Position numbers and translations under genes: made by a program
In this document: piece after piece, positions 57,225-64,000 of the stretch
Numbering within the stretch: the first letter of the stretch is position 1
How the letters are laid out: each line of letters opens with the position of its first letter
Notes under the pieces: model-generated
What the model saw: the letters and a program-made list of their open reading frames with translations, nothing else
Databases searched by the model: none
Told to the model about the DNA's origin: nothing
Assembly (NCBI GenBank): GCA_036172245.1
Contig: JAYWIR010000018.1
Coordinates: forward strand, 1,798,001 to 1,862,000
Source: Raillietiella orientalis
Taxonomy: Eukaryota
Direction of reading: 5' to 3'
DNA: 64,000 bases

Positions 57225-58689
57225 CTAATATCTAATATTATGCAGGGAGTGCAATTTTGGGGGTTCATTTTAAAGTGTTCCTCATTATTCCTTTAGGAAG
57301 TAGTAGCGTAGAATTCTAAAATGCATTAGATCTCTCGATTGTTTGTGTTTCCTTAAATCTGAGCTCTCCAAATGGTCTGAGGTATTCGTGAAACCAAGCT
57401 GCCCTTAAACACGAGCAGTGAACCAACTGTGGCTCACCTTGAAATAGTCTTTCAACCACTTAAGAGTTCATGAAATAACGATTGTATGGTGTCTTTATTT
57501 CTTTACAACGAAAGCATCATACGATAGTTGTTTTAGCAACAGTAACTTTCAGTTTTCAAATTGATGAAGCCCTAACAAAAAAGGCTGTGCAATTTCAAAA
57601 ACTTCGTCGACACGCTCCACTTTGTCAGGAAGCAAATTTGATACTTTCTTGGTCAGAGTATTAGTGGACATATTTGCTCAGTTTGAAGTCACCAAATTTC
57701 ACTGTGGTAATTACTCGAAAAGAAAAGAAAATGTGCAAAACGAGGACTGAAGTTCAGTTTTGCATGTCCTAAGAAAGTGTGCCTTAAATTTAGGTATTTC
57801 TCTGCACAAATATATCCTAGTCTTGGAAACAGTTGCTGTGTGAAATATGTGACACATCAAAATAAAAATTCACCTCACAAGAATAATTTAGGAAGAAATT
57901 TGAACATCGACTGTTATTCAGGGTTGAAAAAAAATGGATAAACAAGTGAGATAAATATCCATTTATTCACACTGTCATGCTGTCCGCTGTTTAAACATGG
58001 TTTTTATTGCTCTGGCAACCCAGTTTCACAAATCTTGAGGACCACTTATCTAGTCAAAGGTAAATGACCTCGCATGGGAATCTGAGTTCGAAAAAGAAAG
58101 GCTGGCTTACCGTTCTGAACCGTCAGATTTCTGTATCAAATGCTGAACATCTTGCCAATCATTCACTACATTTTCAAATATTGGTGCTTTGCTTGGGTGC
58201 TTAGATCAAAATTTATTAAACGGTCTTGGTATTTTCAGTTTTTAATTTCCGTTTTTAAAGTTTGACATTTCTCGTAAGACCCTGACGTAGTACACTTTGC
58301 GAATTAAATTGCAGCAATTTTCATTTATATAAAGGATTTCTTTTCTCCCCCCCCCCCTTTTTTAGTTTTGCAGGCTCCGAAGGATTTCGTAATTATCAAC
58401 TCCTTGATGTTGCATTTATGATTTTGGAAAGTAATGATTCGTGCTGAATAAATAACTAAGAATCAGGATGAAGCAAAGAGTGGAAACGGGGTTTACATCA
58501 TTACTGGATCTTTAAATCTGTCTTTAAATCCTGAAATCATTTACCCTGCTTTTATTTAACTTTGTGGAATTATAAATCATTCATGTGATTGCTGGATTGG
58601 TTTTACTACTTGAGCATTCTGTTTAATTTGACAACATGTCGAATCGATCCTCGAACGAAACGTATGGTTTGGACTCTTTTTTAAAGGGC

Positions 58690-58900
58690 GTCTGCTACCA
58701 TATGTTCAACTCACTTTTCTCAACACTGTTTTTGTACACTGGGGTTACTGGGTGACATGGATGTGCAAGATTTTTTGGAAATATTCCCGAACGAAAAGCA
58801 CAATTTAGTTCTGGGAGCTCGTTCGTTCGAAGTGGAAGCTCTCCAATCTTGAAGATGGCGAATAACTTCGTATGCCGTCTCCAATTATAGGCATTACCAG
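58690..58900 (-). mobile_element. Non-LTR (CR1/L2-like) reverse-transcriptase fragment
   Basis: The minus frame reads ELNCAFRSGIFPKNLAHPCHPVTPVYKNSVEKSELN, resembling the LINE pre-RT motif N-x-S-x-x-x-G-x-FP-x-x-x-K-x-A-x-V-x-P-x-x-K. Confidence 0.45.
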
Positions 58901-59879
58901 TATTTGAACGCTTTGCTCCAAATAATAAAAAGTAAAACTTTTGGTTTACTTCTTCGGATAAGAAGAAAGCTTTTTCACGTTTTATTAATGATCTTTCACA
59001 AGGAAAAATATTTCATATCGGTTTTCTATTCCTTCACATTTTCCCCTGGCAAATTAAAATACGGTGCTTCTGCTCTGCTTCTACGAAACATTACTACCGC
59101 AATGGTAGTAATATGCGGTAAATGAATTAAGTAATCATTTATGAAATCAATGACTGAGGCGAACATCGTCAACGTCATAATATAAAATAATCTGAGCCTA
59201 ATTACAGATTGATTAATCGCGATTAGTATTTTCAATTTCGTAGTAAAAGTTTCAGTTTATGCCGATAAGAAAGTTCCGTAATATACAAATAGAGAAATGA
59301 ACAAAAAGTTTTTGGAACGAGAATGACACCTTAGAAGTTGGCAGTTGACTCTTATAAATGTTAGCACAGTGTTCACATATAAAAAGGTGTCATGCGTATG
59401 GTTTGTTAATTACTTGCTCGAAAAATGCGAAACAAGTTAACGATACAAGAAAACGTGCTGAATAAAAGAGACAACAACAACCTACCGGAAAAAAGAGCAA
59501 AGACAAGTGTGTCTAAATTTCAGTTTCCAGTAGAGTGCAAACTCTATTGCTATAGAACCAGTTTCTTTCGGCAAAAAAAAAAAAAAAAAAAACAGAAGTA
59601 ATACGTAAAACGAGGAAGCGTTATAAACTCAACTCATTATTATCCTTAGAGTCTAGACTATTTTCATTTTAAATGCAACGTCTTCGCACCAAGGAAACCG
59701 AAACGTTTAAGATAATCTTATCGGTGATCTTACCAGATAAATGTTGATGCGTGCCCAGGTTGACCGCAAGACGAACTCTAGTCCCTCATGCCAACAATAG
59801 ATGTCACTGATCCCCCATTCTTAAATTGAAGTCTTTTTACCTATATTTTCGATGTAGAGGAAGCGGTAGGCTGATTGTA

Positions 59880-61450
59880 AACAAGCATTCTATCAGTTTT
59901 GAAACGAATGTGTGGCCTGCATGTTTTCCAACGCGGACAGGAATATAAACTTTAAGAAAAACAAGAGAGAACACATTTGAATAGGTCTTTCACTCCCTGT
60001 CTTCAAGATACGATGCTTGAAGTAGATTTCACATTTGCCATGCTTATGTCCTATGCATAAAGAACAAATTTCGGGATTGGCTTTCGTGTGAAGGAAAAGG
60101 ACCATCAGTTCTGTTCCCGGGGGATTTGGAATTCTGGGGTCGCACTAGCAATAAAGCTGAATTTCAAGATTCGCAAGAATTTTTTTCAAAAGAACTGTTA
60201 AACAAATCCCTTCCGTTGAGAAGCACAACGCTCCATTTGTGTGGGAGACGTTGCTCAGTGCTTCCCTTTTTACGTAGACTGAAACAATTCAATGATCTGT
60301 TTCTATAAGAGTCCTGCCATGCACACTGTAAAGTACCCGGACTTCTCGAAGCACGGTAATCATGCGTATTGGCAGACTGACGATCAATTTCCTCACCAGG
60401 GTTTCTCTCGTGTTGATCACGAACACCATGATTTTCATGATGATATCCCAGGGAAACAATTTCGGCATTATTCCTGCAGGGATTCCAGCATACAGTCCGT
60501 TTTGTGCTGTAGGACCTCAAAAGCAGTCCAGCTTTTCCTCTCGAGACGTTTATCCGTTCGTAAGAGACCCTCTGATCAAGGAATTAACTTTGAGATGAAT
60601 GAAAAACAAAACAAAACAAAGCTGAAATGCATCCTCCATGTTCGCGTAATTTTTCTTTTCGCCTCCTCTCTAACACTCACAAGATATTATCTCACAGATC
60701 TATGAGCTGCATGAAAGTAAAAGCATTTTATCCCTTTTATTAAAAATATGGATCTTATTCAACGAAAAGTCCAGGCACTCGATAAGCACTTCCATTTTTG
60801 GCTCCTCTTCTTCACTTGTAGACTGACATTGTATTAGTTATTTGCCAGATTCGAGACACGGTCTTGCATCAACGGATGCTATTTTCCAGGCTGATTAATC
60901 TTTCCGTCTGTACCCAGTGATGTTCCTCAATGATCGGAAAACGAATCGAGTACCAATCCAGTTCCTTTTCTCCAGAACGCTGCGTCTGTGCAGTGACACA
61001 GATGCACTTCGGATGTCATGCATATTTTGCTTCCGCATGAAATGGTTGCCCTAACGAGTGCCAAGTGGATTTTCTCGAAAAAAGACATACAAAAAATGAG
61101 GAATGTACGAAAACATTTCCATTTCAGACCTTTAAAGCAATTTGTGACAAATGGGAACATATGGATCCTGTAAACAGTGAGGGATTCAGTTAGTGATGAA
61201 CCAAGGTTTCTTAAATAGAATCTGCATCGAAAAATTCATACATAGAAAGAGAATACCTTAGATTCATAAACTGTTCCATAACTGCGGAATAGTTTCGATA
61301 CTGATGAAAAAACAAGATTTTAAAACTGGTAAGTGGAAACTCTAACAAATTCTTTTTTAAGTTTCCGATAGAAAGCTGCAACATTATTGTGATGTTGACA
61401 GGAAAGGAATCAAGAGCTGCTAAAATCCAAATCTTCAAACTTTGCATCAG
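59880..61450 (-). mobile_element. AT-rich degenerate DIRS-like RNase H-MT-YR relic
   Basis: RNase H-like (NITIMLQL...RNYSAV, 61211-61447), MT-like (TDAAFW, ~60980) and YR (PKLFPWDIIMKIMVFVINTRETLVRKLIVSLPIRMITVLREVRVL, ~60330-60470; ATHSF, ~59910), in DIRS order. Confidence 0.5.
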
Positions 61451-61831
61451 ATGTGTGAGCTTTAAATTTTGGATGAAAGGTGAAAGCCCTTTTTGAACAC
61501 AATAGGACTTACTAATTCATGTCAGCTGATTTCGACGTGTAAAGATTGAAATTTGTAGACATAAATTAGTGAAAAAAGCTGAAGCAAGTGGTGTCTTTTC
61601 TGAATTCGTATGAGCTTCTAATACATTCAAATTACAAAAGTACTCACAAAATAATGAAGGTAATTAGTACGCGAAGAATTCGGTTTCATGTGACTGCATG
61701 GAACAGTACATCTGAATGCCTAACCTTTTTAGTACATCAAAGTGTTTGAAATGCAAGTAAAAATTTTGAATTGGAATTTGAAATTTCTTGAAACTATTAA
61801 AGTGCGTTAACAACGTTAGCTAGTAAAGTAC

Positions 61832-62590
61832 TACGCGTGGTCCAGGATGACCAAAGAAAACCTTCGCCGCTTGATACCTGAAGAACACAAAGACACCAGA
61901 GCCCTCCAGGAAGCAGCACATCGCTAGGGGAGCGACATAGTCAACCCGCTGGAGATTGGAAGTGACCTATCGCCGGACACCCAGGATAACCTCCTGATGT
62001 TCTATCACGGAGAATCCTGAGTGTGGGTTTAGAATAAAGTAATTCACCGGGAGAAGAGAAGATGAGGAATGCAAGACAGGGACACGAGACTTCACGTCCT
62101 AACCTGTGCCACAATGCACCAGGACTGGCAGACCCTGAAAAGGGTCATAGGGCTGCCGAACACCTCGAAGGTAAAAGTTCTAGCCGGGATGTTCGAGGGA
62201 AGCGGAAACATTCCCCTCTGCAACCCTAATGGTAAGGACGATCGTCGCCCTATTCATCACCGCCATACTAATAAGATGGTGGAAGATGGGGACCGTCAGT
62301 ATAACCGTATCTTCCATGGGAATCCTGCGAGGAGTCATCCAAAAGGAGATGGGCATAAGGAGCTGGGACAAGTGCCTGCCTGGACGTGCCGATGCATCCT
62401 GAGAAGGATTGAGGACAACGTCCGCGCACAGCCAACGCCCAGTCCTCCTCCCTCCCAAGTGCAGTTACTCCCAGAAGTGAAACTTGAAAGTGAAACCCAG
62501 TAGTTTTTCTACTTCGTTTTTCAATGAATGAGTTTTATAGTATGAATGGTAAATAAATTTACCCTAGCCCTCGTGGGACCGGGGAAACTC
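61832..62590 (+). mobile_element. 5'-truncated non-LTR retroelement insertion (L1/Tx1-like C-terminal region) with a 7-bp target-site duplication
   Basis: Higher-GC island in AT-rich DNA, flanked by aaagtac at 61825-61831 and 62591-62597. One frame with several stops includes DTRLHVLTC...W..LKRVIG (zf-RVT-like). AATAAA near the 3' end. Confidence 0.5.
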
Positions 62591-62612
62591 AAAGTACGTT
62601 AACAGGGAAACG

Positions 62613-62644
62613 TTTAATAACAGTGCGTTTGCACTGTTATTAAA
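62613..62644. repeat. 14-bp inverted repeat, 4-nt loop
   Basis: tttaataacagtgc-gttt-gcactgttattaaa. Confidence 0.92.
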
Positions 62645-64000
62645 ACTGATATTCGAAAAGGTCTTTTATTTTTTATTTTTTCCTTTAAGAAAGACGAAAT
62701 CGAGCTAAGAGCAACAGGATTAAAAAACATCAATATTTAAAACACTAAGGACTTGATAACTGCATATGTACCAATGTGTGACACACATGACGAAGAAAGC
62801 TCAGCAATTATCTGTTACTTTCGGAGGATGAGCGTTTTTATTATAATATTTTATGAACGCACATTCGAAGTCTCAACTGGAAATTCGCACAAAAGTGATT
62901 ACTCGCTATCTCGTTAGGAAATTTTCTGAACTAAGTTTACATGGAAGAATATTTTGCTCTTTAGGGATTACTTTTGATCTCTGTGCTCTCTTTAATGCTC
63001 GTTTTTCTTGAACCATAATCATACCATATTATTTAACATCTGTAATAAGGGTATTTGAAAGCACCTCTGCATATCAGCAATAATCAGATATTGAAAAGAA
63101 TTGTTCAGCCATCGATTTTCCCATGGAGAAAAGAAAAAAAAAAAGTACAAGCATATATCATAAAATCCATCTTGGAATTTCATAGAAAACAACTTGCATT
63201 GAAAAGGAGAAAAGTAAACACATAGAAACTCATAAAAGAACAGTAGATTAGCCGTTTCACTTTAGAGAGATGGAAGGTTTTCAGGATTTATTATTTTGTA
63301 CTATTTACATCTCAAGTTCTTGACGTGCTTCCGATGAATGAGAGTGTAATTCAATATGTGTGCATTTTCGTGAATGTCAAGGAGAGTTTCTGCAACTCTT
63401 TCGCATAAAATTTTGACACTCCTTTTAGCACAGTGATTTGCAAATGACCAAGATGATTCATACGATTTACAGCGTTCCCTTCACAATTCGGGTACATTCT
63501 CCAATATTCAGAAATATTCCAGTATTTAGAAATTTGAATTCCCATAATTTGTTTATTGAAAGAATAATACAAAGCACGGAATTTTGTTCAGCTAATTCCC
63601 CAGCCTCTGATAGAATTCCAAAGAATGTTCCACTACTTTTAAACCAAGTAATATTTGATATCATGAAAGGCTAAAGTTTCAGGAGGTTGCACATTGAGAA
63701 ATTATTTATTTATTTATTTTTTTACCGTAAATTGGTTATACAAAAGATCTATTTTTTTTGCTGACTCATTTATTTTCTATAATCAGCGTAGAAAATAAGT
63801 AAATAATGGTTATCAATATGACTTACGAAATACACGGTAGGCAAGAGATTGATTATCGGACAAACGAAAATGGGGCAACATATTTTATGTGGTACTTTAT
63901 CTTTTTTTGGAAAAAGGTTCACCCTCAGCAAAGATGCAACCCACCAGCGAAGAGTAGCAGTTAATTGGAGAATTTTGTGAAAAAATTCAAGGCGTTAGGG

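Noticed and set aside
63995..64000. TTAGGG at the window end
   Set aside because: A single hexamer; no telomeric array visible.
1..64000. CRISPR arrays, rRNA, tRNA, prokaryotic operons or defence systems
   Set aside because: None seen; spliceosomal introns and gene content show this is animal nuclear DNA.

Overview
Eukaryotic (animal, probably invertebrate) genomic window with two sharply different compositional domains. About 1.3-49.7 kb is GC-rich and rich in purine tracts. It holds one real gene: an 11-exon SLC6 sodium:neurotransmitter-symporter family amino-acid transporter (SLC6A15/17/19-type, + strand, 22406-42368, 680 aa as I splice it). The flanks (<1.3 kb and >49.7 kb) are AT-rich. 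The right flank holds two compact convergent genes with 39-84 bp introns, a CENP-L homologue (+) and a ZNRF1/2 RING-H2 E3 ligase (-), plus a decayed partial CENP-L duplicate and LINE remnants. Most long ORFs in the supplied track are not genes. Much of the non-exonic DNA, including the four large SLC6 introns, reads as heavily decayed DIRS-type (tyrosine-recombinase) retrotransposon relics with RT > RNase H > MT > YR motifs in the expected order: about 10 in the GC domain and 1-3 in the AT domain. These calls rest on by-eye motif matching in frameshifted sequence, and their boundaries are approximate. No intact novel system could be demonstrated. The most interesting signal is this DIRS graveyard, whose copies appear to have decayed towards GC in one domain and towards AT in the other.
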